Source: Haliotis rubra (taxonomy: Eukaryota). Taken from it: DNA of 64,000 nucleotides. Location of the stretch: contig NW_025767503.1 in assembly GCF_003918875.1 (NCBI RefSeq), positions 248,001 to 312,000 on the forward strand, given 5' to 3'. A model generated the notes under the pieces. The model did not search any database. It had not been told where the DNA came from and saw only the letters and a program-made list of their open reading frames with translations. This document shows positions 1 through 12,304 of the stretch, piece after piece. How positions within the stretch are numbered: position 1 is the first letter of the stretch; the number at the start of each line of letters is the position of its first letter. The position numbers and the translations under genes are program-made.

Positions 1-409
1 TCATATCAAAACCACAGATTTGATTTATTTTAAACGAAATCAACCCCATTTTGCATCTTCTATAACTCAAAAATCCACTTTGGTAAACATCTATTTACAA
101 TTAGTTACTTTAGTTCACAGTAAATGTGTATATTTATGATTTAAGCAACAGTGTTAATCAGTTGGTATCCTCAAAGTGGCAATGGCCCTTCAGTTTCTTA
201 GGCAACTAAATTTCATACAATACAAAGGGTGTTGTTGTCACCCATGATAAGCGAGATTAGTTTTACATTGCTTTTAGCAGTATTCCTGCAATATCACAGC
301 GGGGAACACCACAAATTTAAGAAATCAAATGAATCACCCATGCGAGGAATTAAACCCGCATTCAATGTTTGGAGTCCCAGGGGTGGAAATAACTTTAGAA
401 TTGCTAGTG

Positions 410-577
410 ACTGACTGACTGAGTTTGGTTTTACGCCGCTTTTAGCAATATTCCAGCAATATCACGGCGGAGGACACCAGAAATGAGCTTCACTCATTGT
501 ACCCATGTGGGGATTCAAACCCGGGTCTTCGGTGTGATGAGCCAACGCTTGAATCAATAGACTACCCCACCGCCCCT
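410..577 (-). mobile_element. tRNA-derived SINE, family A (about 170 bp, (AGTC)n tail)
   Basis: Minus strand begins GGGGCGGTGGGGTAG with A/B-box-like segments and ends in an (AGTC)n tail. 12-bp TSD GAATTGCTAGTG at 398-409 and 578-589. Many copies in the window; an older degenerate copy lies at about 250-385. Confidence 0.9.
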
Positions 578-835
578 GAATTGCTAGTGTACTCCGGTAC
601 AGTGGCATGTGTAAAATCACTTGCCCTGATAAGTTTTCCACTATACCGGCCGATTTTCTTGTTGATTTTTTAAATAAACAACATAATTAACACTGGAAAG
701 TCAACTGGACATCGCTACAGCATGATATACAAATTTGCTTGCCCGACAGAAAAACACTGAACTGGGCGTCGGGCAATGGGTTATTTCCACCCCTGAGACC
801 TGTATATACCTCCACCTGTATTGTCACACCACCAT

Positions 836-1062
836 TCACTGGATACTCAGCTAAAGAATATGTAACATGCGCAATTAGAGGTAACACCAGTCTGATTACC
901 TGACAAAGATCACTGACAAAGATCAAACCAACAGTAACTAGGACCTGTTCACTTCCATTTACTGACATTTGCTGTTGGTTCTGCTGCATATCACTGGATG
1001 CTCAGCTAAAGAATATGTAACATGCGCAATTAGAGGTAACACCAGTCTGACTACCTGACAAA
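836..1062. repeat. Two direct copies of about 72 bp (836-908 and 991-1062)
   Basis: TCACTGGAT(A/G)CTCAGCTAAAGAATATGTAACATGCGCAATTAGAGGTAACACCAGTCTGA occurs twice. Confidence 0.85.
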
Positions 1063-1805
1063 CTACCTTGTGCCTGGTTAATTTCTCAACCTTCTGAATT
1101 CAGGTCTGATGTTAATATATTACAAGACAAGACAAGACTTTTATTAGGTCAAAGACCAATACAATACAGATAAATTTATATTTGCCTGTGCACAGTTAAT
1201 ATATCACAAGTCATGTGATAATCCATGTGGAAGCGCAGTAACCATGGTAACAGAGGAAATGTCAAATGAGTAAAGCAAAAACATTGATCAATGGATCATG
1301 TTTATTGATTAATCTCTGTTGTCTTGCACAGATGACTTGTCAAATTACTGTTTATGTATGTAGGTTTCACTAGACAGTCTATCTCAGCTGATCCAACCTT
1401 AAAAATCTGAAACAAAGTCACAAGACCAGTTGAAAACCTATGATGATTTACAATGTCCAGAAGCACTCTATATATTTTACAATATTAGATTGTTAGAAGA
1501 CACATGACACGGAACACTACCTTCTCCAGCTAGCCATCACTGATGGATATATTCAAATACAAGGTACTGCCTCATTATTCATAGAACTTTTGTCGGTTTT
1601 AATTTATAATATAATATATGTTTTTCGGTTTCATCTATTTTTTTAGTACAGAACCGATTCATTCAACTACTTATCACTGAGAATTTCATCTATTCGAGAC
1701 AGACAACACTTAGTCATTATTTTCACAGCGTCTTAGGCGTCAATGTGTAAAATGTTTCACTTGGGCAATGTCTAGATATTGCAGTCATTTTACAGATTCA
1801 CTAAA

Positions 1806-2123
1806 CAGGGTTCGATTTAAGAGATGGCAACCAAGATGCACCAGGTGCAACCTAAGATAAAACCCTAGTTTCTCCAGCCAAATTTCAGTTGCACTGCTTT
1901 ATTGCAATATGTAATGAAAGAAATGTGCTATTGAAGTATTCAAAGTTGAGAAGAAAAATGAGCTGACATACTTATGCTTATAATGTTAGATTTATTGTTG
2001 ATTTATTTCTCTAAAATTTACTTGCACCTGGTGCAAGCTAGGCTAATAACTAGGTTGCACTTTGTAATTTTGGGTTGCACCCATGGAAGTAACATTACTA
2101 ACAAAGCACTAAATCGAGCCCTG
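1806..2123. mobile_element. Non-autonomous TIR element (MITE), 318 bp, CAGGG...CCCTG ends
   Basis: 14-bp TIR CAGGGTTCGATTTA / TAAATCGAGCCCTG (1 mismatch). ACTAAA duplicated on both flanks (1800-1805, 2124-2129). Confidence 0.75.
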
Positions 2124-2629
2124 ACTAAATAACAGATTAACTCATTTCTATAAAGACATCCCAAATATTAACTACACAAAAACCAAATGCAAGCTGTTCA
2201 GTGTGGAAGTGAGCATTTAAAGGAACTTCCCACACATGGAAACACCTGGCTTCTAAACATTTGATATTCAACAGAACAATGTTTTGACGTCATTGGCAGC
2301 ATGGTCAATGAAACTAATGATAGGCTTTCATTGGATAAGAGACACACCCTTACCTAAATGCCCCAATCGTAGACAATGTAACAAAACCTTATATATATAG
2401 AGAGAGATTTTGTAGATATTGAAGTACCAATCTACATACATTCCTTCTAACTTGAGTAAAGATGTTGGAGAAAGAATAAAGCTTCAGTCAACATAAGTCT
2501 ATGCATGATCAGATTGGTATAATATATGTGTATCTAACTAGTTTTTTGCCAAGTCTACGGTAAGACAACAGTTTATGCCAAGCAGGCAAATGATTGGTAG
2601 TGAAGTAGTGAGTGAGCTGGGTTTGAGGA

Positions 2630-3320
2630 CACTTTAACACTACTCCAGTCAGCAAACTCAGGTAACTGTGGCAAGAAAGCCCCAGCTGATACAGGTTGTA
2701 CACATTTAACACTTCAGTCAAACTCAGGTAACTGTGGCAAGAAAGCCCCAGCTGATGCAGGTTGTACACATTTAACACTTCAGTCAAACTCAGGTAACTG
2801 TGGCAAGAAAGCCCCAGCTGATGCAGGTTGTACACATTTAACACTTCAGTCAACACTCACTCAGGTAACTGTGGCAAGAAAGCCCCAGCTGATGCAGGTT
2901 GTACACATTTAACACTTCAGTCAAACTCAGGTAACTGTGGCAAGAAAGCCCCAGCTGATGCAGGTTGTACACATTTAACACTTCAGTCAAACTCAGGTAA
3001 CTGTGGCAAGAAAGCCTCAGCTGTGGCACATTTAAAAGCCCCAGCTCAAGAAAGCCCAAGGATTGTACGTTTAACACTTCAGTCAAACTCAGGTAACTGT
3101 GGCAAGAAAGAAAGCCCCAGCTGATGCAGGTTGTACACTGTTTAACAGCCCCAGTCACAACACAGGTAACACTTCAGTCAAACACAGGTAACTGTGGCAA
3201 GAAAGCCCCAGCTGATACAGGTTGTACACATTTAACACTTCAGTCAAACACAGGTAACTGTGGCAAGAAAGCCCCAGCTGATACAGGTTGTACACATTTA
3301 ACACTTCAGTCAAACACAGG
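2630..3320. repeat. Minisatellite, 66-bp unit, about 10 copies
   Basis: Unit AACTCAGGTAACTGTGGCAAGAAAGCCCCAGCTGATGCAGGTTGTACACATTTAACACTTCAGTCA. Confidence 0.95.
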
Positions 3321-3681
3321 GGCATGGATAGTGTGCTGACAGACCTCAAAACATAACTGGGTCAAAACAAGAGTCATACCAATGATCACAGGTGTGTTGG
3401 GGTGCAGGTCTGCCTTGTGAATTGTGGCAACGAAGCTATGTCCACACAGCATTAACACCTGAAGCTGTTTATTTGATTGGAATTTTAGAAGTTGATGAAT
3501 TACAAGAAAGGTATGATACTTTATGGATAACAACTTTTTGTGTAGTATGATGTAACATTTCGGTAAAGATTTTTATACCATTGTCAAGCACTCTTCATAT
3601 GTCCATCTTAAAGCTACTGAAGAAGGTTCTGTGCAAGATATTCTCTAGAAGTTTAAAACTGTCCAGATCATGAAAATTATG

Positions 3682-4260
3682 TCCAAGAACATTACTAACT
3701 TTAGGACAAAACATTATGACCTTTAGGGCAAGAACATTACTAACTTTAGGACAAGAACATTACTATCTTTAGGACAAAACATTACTAACCTTTAGGACAA
3801 GAACATTACTATCTTTAGGACAAAACATTATGACCTTTAGGACAAGAACATGACTACCTTTAGGGCAAGAACATTACTACCTCTAGGGCAAGAACATTAC
3901 TATCTTTAGGGCAAGGACAGTATGATCTTTAGGGTAAGAACATTACTACCTTTATGGCAAGGACATTACTACCTCTAGGGCAAGAACATTACTAACTTTA
4001 GGGCAAGAACAATACTTCCTTTAGGGCAAGAACACTACTATCTCTAGGGCAAAAACATTACTAACTTTAGGGCAAGAACATTACTAACTTTAGGGCAAAA
4101 ACATTACTAACTTTAGGGCAAGAACATTACTATATTTAGGGCAAGAACAGTATGACCTCTAGGGCCAGAACCTTACTATCTTTAGGGCAAGAACATTACT
4201 ATCTTTTGGGCAAGAACATTACTAGCTTTAGCATGTTTAGGGCAAGAACATTACTACTTT
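3682..4260. repeat. Minisatellite, about 23-bp unit, about 25 copies
   Basis: Unit CTTTAGGGCAAGAACATTACTAA with variants. Confidence 0.95.
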
Positions 4261-4383
4261 AAGTCATCTGACTTACTCCACTCAACATGCTTAAATTATC
4301 CTACATAAGCATCAGATGCCATTTAGTGCTGAACATGGCACACTAGTTGAGGCTATTGTCCCTAACAAGGACAAAGAAGGAAA

Positions 4384-4492
4384 GACTGACTGACTGAGTT
4401 TAGTTTTACGCCGCTTTTGGCAATATTCCAGCAATATCAAGGACAAGAATGGGCTTAACACATTTGCCCATGTGGGGAATCAGTTGACGAGC
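4384..4492 (-). mobile_element. SINE family A, internally deleted copy
   Basis: GACTGACTGAGTTTAGTTTTACGCCGCTTTTGGCAATATTCCAGCAATATCA matches the 410-577 element. Confidence 0.8.
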
Positions 4493-4566
4493 CAAAGAAG
4501 GAAAGAAGTTTTCCAGTTATTCAATACTTTCACATAGTGACCACACAGAGATTACAAAGAAGTGGG

Positions 4567-4690
4567 TGTTGAACATGGAAAATATTCCAACTCAATATTT
4601 GCAAACATTTTGATTTATTCACGAGCGAAAGCAAGTGAATAAATCAAAATGTTTAGAAATACTGAGTTGAAATATTTTCCATATTCAACA
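4567..4690. repeat. Long imperfect palindrome (about 57-bp arms)
   Basis: TGTTGAACATGGAAAATATT...GATTTATTCAC is inverted against GTGAATAAATC...AATATTTTCCATATTCAACA around a short GCGAAAGC loop. Confidence 0.85.
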
Positions 4691-5047
4691 TCCAAGAGTT
4701 TTGTGATCTATTTATTACACACAGGACGGGAAAGCAGTTTGATCCATGATGACAAATCAAGCAGGCAATGCTAGATGTAAACAAAACGAAATGGAGATAA
4801 CTGTTATGACTACTTTATAGATGAAAATAAACATTTACAAATATTCAAATGAAAAATAATTCTAATCCCAGGACACCAAATTGAATTTTAATCATCCAGA
4901 AACACAATGTTTCTGGTTGACATTTATGGTCAAAAACTTCTTCAATGGAGTATAATTATTGATTCAAAATTTCGAGGTGGCAACAGAAAGGTCACTTGCA
5001 CTCGAGTAGTTTGGCATTATGACATCACTATCGTTGAATAACTTAGT

Positions 5048-5232
5048 TTGGTTACACAACGTTTGTTGGATAACTTTCAACTGGTTACACAACGTTTGTT
5101 TGATAACTTTCAACTGGTTACACAACAGTTGTTGGATAACTTTCAACTGGTTACACAACAGTTGTTGGATAACTTTCAACTGGTTACACAACGTTTGTTG
5201 GATAACTTTCAACTGGTTACACAACGTTTGTT
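5048..5232. repeat. Minisatellite, 33-bp unit, about 5.5 copies
   Basis: Unit CTGGTTACACAACGTTTGTTGGATAACTTTCAA; explains the 11-aa repeat ORFs here. Confidence 0.95.
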
Positions 5233-5325
5233 TCAAACTACCAACAATATCCCATAAAGATTTTCAGAACACGTGTAAAAAATACCGATATATATGCTCT
5301 CTGTTTCAAAATTGGTGTGTTGTGA

Positions 5326-7162
5326 CAGGGAGACTCTATAAGGGGGAGTGGTCACTCCTCGGAAAGCTCCTAAGCTATGCCTCGGCTCGTCACGTGACCA
5401 GTGCAGCCAATATGGCGGAAGCATAGTTTTTAAGATTGAGCCCGGTTTATTTTCAACAGCTGATTACATACGCTGAGTGTTGTGACAACTGAAAACCTAC
5501 ATGTAGAAGATAAGTTACCTATTCTGTCACTTCATTTTAAGTCAAATACTTGTTATTAGTGTCAGTATAAGTACAGTAGCTTTGTAGTAAAGTTTCAAGT
5601 GGGCATGTTGTAGCTCACTGGCTTCAATTCTCAGTACACAGCGAAGAAAGACTAAATTATATCGCTAAAAACTTCTTTCACATATTCGTTTTAATTTTTA
5701 GAAGGGAAATATACCTTTAGTTAAAAGGTGTTTGCAAGTAATAGTGATATTTTTATAACTAAAAAATTTGTTAGGGTGTATTTGAGGTGTGTGAAAATAT
5801 GACATATCGCGATCTGCCATTGAAATACCACAGGGTTGTTTGAGTGTTTCTAGTTAGTGTTCAAAAAAACATCCTTCACATACACCTTCAATTTTTATGA
5901 GGGGAATGTACCATCAGGTGAAAGGTGTTTGCAAGTAATAGTGATAGTTTTATAATTTAAAAAATTGTTAGTGTGTATTTGAGGTGTGTAAAAAATATGA
6001 CATATCACGATCTGCCATTGAAATACTACAGGGTTGTTTGAGTGTTTCTAGTTAGTGTTCAAAACATCTTTCACATACACCTTCAATTTTTATGAGGGAA
6101 TGTACCATCAGGTGAAAGGTGTTTGCAAGTAATAGTAATAGTTTTATAATTTAAAAAAATTGTTAGTGTGTATTTGAGGTGTGTGAAAATATAACATATC
6201 GCCGATCTGCCATTGAAATACTACAGGGTTGTTTCAGTGTTTCTAGTTATTGTTCTAAAACATCTTTCACATACACCTTTGTATTTGAGGTGTGTGAAAA
6301 ATATAACATATCACGATCTGCCATTGAAATACTACAGGCGTTGTTTCCAGTGTTTCTAGTTATTGTTCTAAAACATCTTCACATACACCTTTAATTTTTA
6401 TGAGGGGAATATACCATCAGGTGAACGTTTTTTGCAAGTAATAGTGATAGTTTTAATTCTTTTTTTTTGTTAGTGTGTATTTGAGGTGTGTGAAAAATAT
6501 TACATATCGCCAATCTGTTCTGATACGCCATTGGTGCTTGTGATGCTTGAGTGTTATAGTTCTAAAACTTCTTTCTTTCTTGTTGATCTTAGTATTTGAC
6601 AAAACTGGTGTTTGCAAGGCTTTGTGATAGTTCTAAACTTTCTGTTCTTGAGGGGTCTGTGACAGTGTCAGTTAACATTCTGTCAATGCCCATATCACAC
6701 ATGCAATAAGATATCTGAATTAGTTACTAATGTAAAAAAATGTCTCAAAGTAATTTTTTTGGAAAAAGGACAGCTGATGTTAACATGTGTTCTACCGATA
6801 GTTTTCCGTTCTTTAACATGTTTGGGGAGGGATGGCCGTGGTGTATCATTTATTCTTTCATTCATTCACATATGTTCTTTTTCTTTTGTTCTTTTTCTTA
6901 ATTTCTTTCATTCATTCACATAAAATTCTTGCTCTTAATTCATTCATTCATTCATTCATTCATTCATTCATTCATTCATTCATTCATTGTAAAATTCCGA
7001 CCTATACAATACACTGGCTGAAGTACTGTTAAACGCAGCCGAAGTCGCGCTGGGACCGAACCAAGTCACTGTGTGCGTTGGAGCATGACGAGGCACACGT
7101 TAATTAGTACAAATGGTAAAGAAAGCAAGCGAGTGACCTATCCCTGTTGTAGAGTATCCCTG
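5326..7162. mobile_element. Non-autonomous TIR DNA transposon, 1,837 bp, 7-bp TSD (P-element-like by TSD length), with internal tandem repeats of about 195 bp
   Basis: Ends CAGGGAGACTCTATAA / TTGTAGAGTATCCCTG (2 mismatches in 16 bp, imperfect extension to about 33 bp). Perfect TSD GTTGTGA at 5319-5325 and 7163-7169. Internal repeats at about 5700-6520. No transposase ORF. Confidence 0.85.
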
Positions 7163-7879
7163 GTTGTGACTTTTAATCTGAGTATCATTAATATACATTT
7201 TGTATCTAATGTGATCGTATCTAGTGTTTTTTTATGTCGTTTTAATTGTTTTTCCTGTTGTTGATTTGGTGTGCGTGTGTGTTTTCCAAATCAAAGAATA
7301 ATGCCATAAATCGATTTACTTATTATTAACGTTGATTATGCCCTCGGCCTGAGGACCAAACTGTCGTCCCACTCTGGCCACAGTAAACGTGTCGACCTGG
7401 TGATAAACTGCTTCATGTAATCAGCTTGTACAATGACTGATGCCACACACAAATGATTCTACACATCCGAGACTAAGTGGCACCGTGATATCTGTAGAAA
7501 GTTCAACTCACCTTGCACCATAAGTTGTTGACAGCACACGACGCTCAGAACAGCCAGCCATGTTGGAGCCATGTTGAGATGTGGACAAAGCCGCAAGTGG
7601 ATTCTGTCCTAGCCTATCGCGGTTCTAAAGAAGCATCAATATTGAGCAATGCTTGCAGTATTGTGTAATATCACTCGCAGCTTTTCAAACCCCTTGAGTC
7701 TACAGCATGTGATCGTTAGTCATTACAGCGACAGCTGTCATCCCCAGGTAAATTTCGCAAGCAGTCAGGTGAACAGCACCAAAATACCCAATGAGGCAAA
7801 TACTAAAGAGGCGTGGTCACATAAAGCATCATTGATCGGATCTCTTATTATCTGGATAGGGTGCGCAAACCGGTTCATT

Positions 7880-7958
7880 GACTGACTGAGTTTGGTTTTA
7901 CGCCGCTTTTAGCAATATTCCAGCAATATCACGGCGGGGGACACCAGAAATCGGCTTC
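7880..7958 (-). mobile_element. SINE family A, 3' fragment
   Basis: (GACT)n tail plus TTTACGCCGCTTTTAGCAATATTCCAGCAATATCACGGCGGGGGACACCAGAAAT. Confidence 0.8.
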
Positions 7959-8659
7959 AGGATTGTCAAATACCCGGTCCGGACCAACTATGTTATTGGT
8001 CCATTGCTCCATCGTTGACAACCATATCCACATATTAATTATGAAAAATACACACGTGACAATCATGAAAAATCATAAAACACAAACATGCTGCATAAAT
8101 GACGTTGTTGCGAGTATATTGCTTTAAACTCGAATGTAGCTGAGCTAGGTTACGTGTAAAAGTGGAACCGGGAAACGAAACAGGATTTGAAATGTATAAA
8201 TACTTCATTCTAGCCTGATGCACATCTGGAAAACCCTTTTACATCTATATGCAATCAAATAATAAGATCACTGGTAATCGTATTTAAAGCATATAAACTT
8301 GTAAAAGTGCAGGGTTGTACCCTACGCTCCCACCGTCACAATTGTTTACAACAGACTTGGCCTGAGTTGTTAAAACCAAATAAAACGTCATAGATGTTTC
8401 GTCACTTATGTATCATGACATATGTTTTCATCTATAGAATAGTTTGATATCTACCCAAATACATTCATAGTGTCTCAAATCGTAGCACTTCAAGAAAACA
8501 CGTTAGTCAAAGTGAAGCCCTTTCCCTCTACATTCTCAAAATCTTTATCTAAGTGTTTGGTCTATGTTCGGTCCATCTTGGCGCGGACAATTAAAATGTG
8601 TTTAAACACCAATCCATAGTTTCAAATTGCAATAGTGAAAGCAATCACGTTCCTTAAAG

Positions 8660-8698
8660 CAGGGAGACTCTATAAGGGGGTGTTGTAGAGTATCCCTG
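8660..8698. mobile_element. 39-bp ends-only derivative of the 5326-7162 element
   Basis: CAGGGAGACTCTATAAGGGGG joined directly to TGTTGTAGAGTATCCCTG, with its own 7-bp TSD CTTAAAG (8653-8659, 8699-8705). Confidence 0.85.
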
Positions 8699-9989
8699 CT
8701 TAAAGTGAAGCCCTCTGCCCTATATTCTCAACATCGTCTCTATACCACATGTGTTTGGTCCGACTGGGCCCGGGCTATCAAAAACAACTTCAACATCACT
8801 TATCTTTCAAGAAACGAAGCGGTCGAAAAAGACCCAAACTGACCAGGGAATAGTCAAACCCTACCTCAAAGTAAGAACGAAATCAGATGTCTGTCAAAAC
8901 AAAAAAGTCTCATACAGTAGTAAATTAATCATCAAAAGTCAAAATTACTCTACTAACCTACAAAAAACCCAAACAAACAAACACAAACAGAACAATAACC
9001 TATTTACAAAAAGAACACACTAAACGTTTTGTACGTTGACAAAATATATTCTTAAATTCAACCAAACGAGCAAAAAAACCCAACCCAACACATCCAACTT
9101 CACTGCAGCACCCCATCCGTCACAGAATGGTGCTCCAAAACTGCCTGGATACCAGCACCACTACGAAACAACTCTCATCATCATCATCATCATTATCATC
9201 ATCATCCATCTATCCATCATCCATCATCAATCATAAGCAAGGGGCAGTTAAAATCCTTTTCACATCAAGACCTACGGAAACACTCGCTATGTAGTCATAG
9301 TTATCATTTTATTAATATTTAAATGCATTTTTATTCAAAATCAATAACTTACGCAAAACTATACATCGTGACATCGCACGTTTCGCTAAATATTCTCCAA
9401 TCCATTTTTAGTATTACCCGCCGGCCGGGTCTTAGTCATAACGTCTAAGGAGGTAAGGGACGCTATCTAGCTATCTGCTCGAAGCTATGCTTGTCTGATG
9501 TATTAATAAAATTAGCCACCACTTCAAGTGTACATTGGCATTAGTAGGAAAACACATACCACAAGTATGCACAAGAATAAGTTATTGCGAGACAGTCGCC
9601 AGCTGACCAGAAAGTCAAGTACACTCTGAGCAATATAATAGGATTTGACACGTATTACATATCGATTGTGTACACACACTGATAGCGAGTAAAATGGCTC
9701 TACTCTAACGCACTTGTAATCCTAGTGTACGACGAGGAAGTAATGCTATAAAGTGATAGGTAGGTAAATATAACACCTGCATGTCTATACCTATCACTCA
9801 CTGAGCGTGTTTAACTCGCCCGGGCCAATCCTGAACAAACGTCACGTCTCTTTGCAGGAACTGTATTAAAAGACTTCAGTTTAATGATCCGTGACGTTTC
9901 ACTGTGATATATTGTGGCATTATAAACTGAATATATAGCAGTGATCTGAAACGATCAACAAAGCAGGTGAACCATTTGAAGCTCTTCAG

Positions 9990-10230
9990 CCAGTGAAGAT
10001 CCGGGTTAGAATTGGTCTTCAGTAACCCATGCTGTAAGAGGCGACTAGCGGGATCGGGTGGTCAGGCTCGCGGACTTGATTGACTCTTGTCATCGTATAT
10101 CAATTTCATAAATCGATGCTCATGTTGTTGATCACTGGATTGTCTGGTCCAGACACGACCAGTTACAGACCGCCGCCACATAGCTGGAACATTGCTGAGC
10201 GAGGCGTTAAACAACAAACCAATCAACCAA
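9990..10230 (+). mobile_element. SINE family B (about 240 bp)
   Basis: GTGAAGATCCGGGTTAGAA...GATCACTGGATTGTCTGGTCCAGAC...GGCGTTAAACAACAAACC. AGCTCTTCAG duplicated on the flanks. Related copies at about 10445-10580 (-), 28075-28175 (+) and 43264-43502 (-). Confidence 0.8.
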
Positions 10231-10778
10231 TTGTAGCTCTTCAGTGAATAATGCAGTTTCTAAACCCTGTTGCACTTCAAAACAAAGTTAGGCCTTAGTT
10301 GTAATTTTCATTTCCATATTTCGTGACACAATGAAAATATGTAAGCAGTACACCGAAGACTGCTTGCAAACCAGCAGTCAGAGGGAAGATTTACTTCTGT
10401 TAGTCAATAAAACATCGCTTTTAAACCATTTTCCGTCAAGCCTTTGTTTTTATTTTGTTTGTTTAACGCCGGACTGAGCGTTATTCCAGCTATATGGCGG
10501 CGGCCTGTGAATAATCGAGTCCATGAAATCCAGTGATCAACAGCACGAGCATAGATATACGCAGCTGGGTAACGGTGGTAAACAATTGCTTGCACTCCGA
10601 AGATGGCAGGTTCCGCGAAGAATAGTTCCCTGGTGCTAGTCTGTAACGAGAAAGCGGTAGTATTTAAGACAACTGCAGCGGCTGTGAGTGGACCGCTCTA
10701 TCGACTTCAGGTACAAGAAGAGGAACTGATAATACAAGGAACTAATGCTACGATATGAGAAGCCCAGTGATGCAGTGA

Positions 10779-10948
10779 CTGACTGACTGACTGAGTTTAG
10801 TTTTACGCCGCTTTCAGCAATATTCCAGCAATATCACGGCGGGGGACACCAGAAATGGGCTTCACACATTGTGCCCATGTGGGGAATCGAACCCGGGTCT
10901 TCGGCGTGACGAACCAACGCTTTAACCACTAGGCTACCCCACCGCCCC
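10779..10948 (-). mobile_element. SINE family A, full-length copy
   Basis: Complete from head to (AGTC)n tail. TSD GATGCAGTGA at 10769-10778 and 10949-10958. Confidence 0.9.
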
Positions 10949-11408
10949 GATGCAGTGAGACGAGAAGGCTAGTGATGCAGTGAGACAAGAAGGCTAGCGA
11001 TACAGTGAGACGAAAAGGCTAGTGATGCAGTGAGACGAGAAGGCTAGTGATGCAGTGAGACAAGAAGGCTAGTGATGCAGTGAGACGAGAAGGCTAGTGA
11101 TGCAGTGAGACGAGAAGGCTAGTGATGCAGTGAGACAAGAAGGTGATGCAGTGAGACGAGAAGGCGAGAAGGTGATGCAGTGAGACGAGAAGGCCAGTGA
11201 TGCAGGAGACGAGAAGTGATGATGAGACGAGAAGGCTAGTGATGCAGTGAGACGAGAAGGCTAGTGATGCAGTGAGACGAGAAGGCTAGTGATGCAGTGA
11301 GACGAGAAGGCTAGTGATGCAGTGAGACGAGAAGGCTAGTGATGCAGTGAGACGAGAAGGCTAGTGATGCAGTGAGACGAGAAGGCTAGTGATGCAGTGA
11401 GACGAGAA
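10949..11408. repeat. Minisatellite, 25-bp unit, about 18 copies
   Basis: Unit GATGCAGTGAGACGAGAAGGCTAGT. Confidence 0.95.
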
Positions 11409-11426
11409 ATTGAAAACCGGAGACTA

Positions 11427-11600
11427 GTCTGACTGACTGACTGAGTTTGGTTTTACGCCGCTTTTAGCAATATTCCAGTGAACATCACGACGGGGACACC
11501 AGAAATGGGCTTCAGGCACATTGTGATGCAGGGACGAGAAGGCTAGTGATTCGGCGAGACGAGCCAACGCTTAGTTAACCATTAGGCTACCCCACCGCCC
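11427..11600 (-). mobile_element. SINE family A copy intermixed with fragments of the adjacent 25-bp repeat
   Basis: Tail and head match family A. GGAGACTA duplicated on the flanks. Internal GACGAGAAGGCTAGTGA matches the neighbouring minisatellite. Confidence 0.75.
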
Positions 11601-11649
11601 GGAGACTATAGTGTTCGAGTGGGGACATTATTGACTTCAATCTGAGCAG

Positions 11650-11742
11650 CAATAACACCAGAAGAGAAAGCGATAACACCAGAAGAGAAAGCGATAACAC
11701 CAGAAGAGAAAGCGATATCACCAGAAGAGAAAGCGATAACAC
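11650..11742. repeat. Minisatellite, 21-bp unit, about 4 copies
   Basis: Unit GCGATAACACCAGAAGAGAAA. Confidence 0.9.
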
Positions 11743-12136
11743 GAGACGGGAAAAGTATGTCAGAAGACGAACGAATTAGGAGCGCATGCATGGTCAAGTT
11801 CTAAAGAAAACCCTTTCTCCATTTGCAACTGTAGGAATGGACTCAATACTTGAATATCTGTTGATAACTTAAGTCATTTGAAGAAAACAGTTATGTAATT
11901 TTATGATGAAAGGCACTCATAGTTAATTAAATCTTTTGTTTCATTGTGGTAAGTCCCCTTCAGACCACCTCGGCTCACACATGTGATCTGTATTTGTTCA
12001 GTGTAGGTTGGAGTTAGTTGAGCTGACATGTTGTTTGTGTGTAGTTTATCTCGTCACTTGAGGGTATGTTTGTGTTTAGGTGCGTCTGTTGCACCGTGTT
12101 GTATGCGTGGTAACCTGAGCTTGTTTGTTCCCTTTC

Positions 12137-12304
12137 TGAGTGAGTGAGTGAGTTTGGATTTACGCCGCTTTGAGCAATATTCCAGCAATATCACGGCGGG
12201 GGACACTAGAAATGAGCTTGACACAATGTACCCATGTGGGGGGTCGAACTCGGGTCTTCGGCGTGTCGAGCGAACGCTTTAATCACTGGGCCTCCCCACC
12301 GACC
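12137..12304 (-). mobile_element. SINE family A, (ACTC)n tail variant
   Basis: Same body as 10779-10948 with a TGAG-repeat tail on the + strand. Confidence 0.85.

Noticed and set aside
1365-3680. Coding-like composition and possible splice sites at about 1365-1563, 2130-2620 and 3330-3680
   Set aside because: The frames examined have stops and no recognisable motif; a translated search would be needed to call a pseudogene.
2509-5426. Repetitive ORFs in the ORF track (also 39302-41126, 42478-43064, 52697-57947, 61173-61659, 63231-63631)
   Set aside because: They are translations of minisatellite units, often open on several frames or strands, with no protein motifs.
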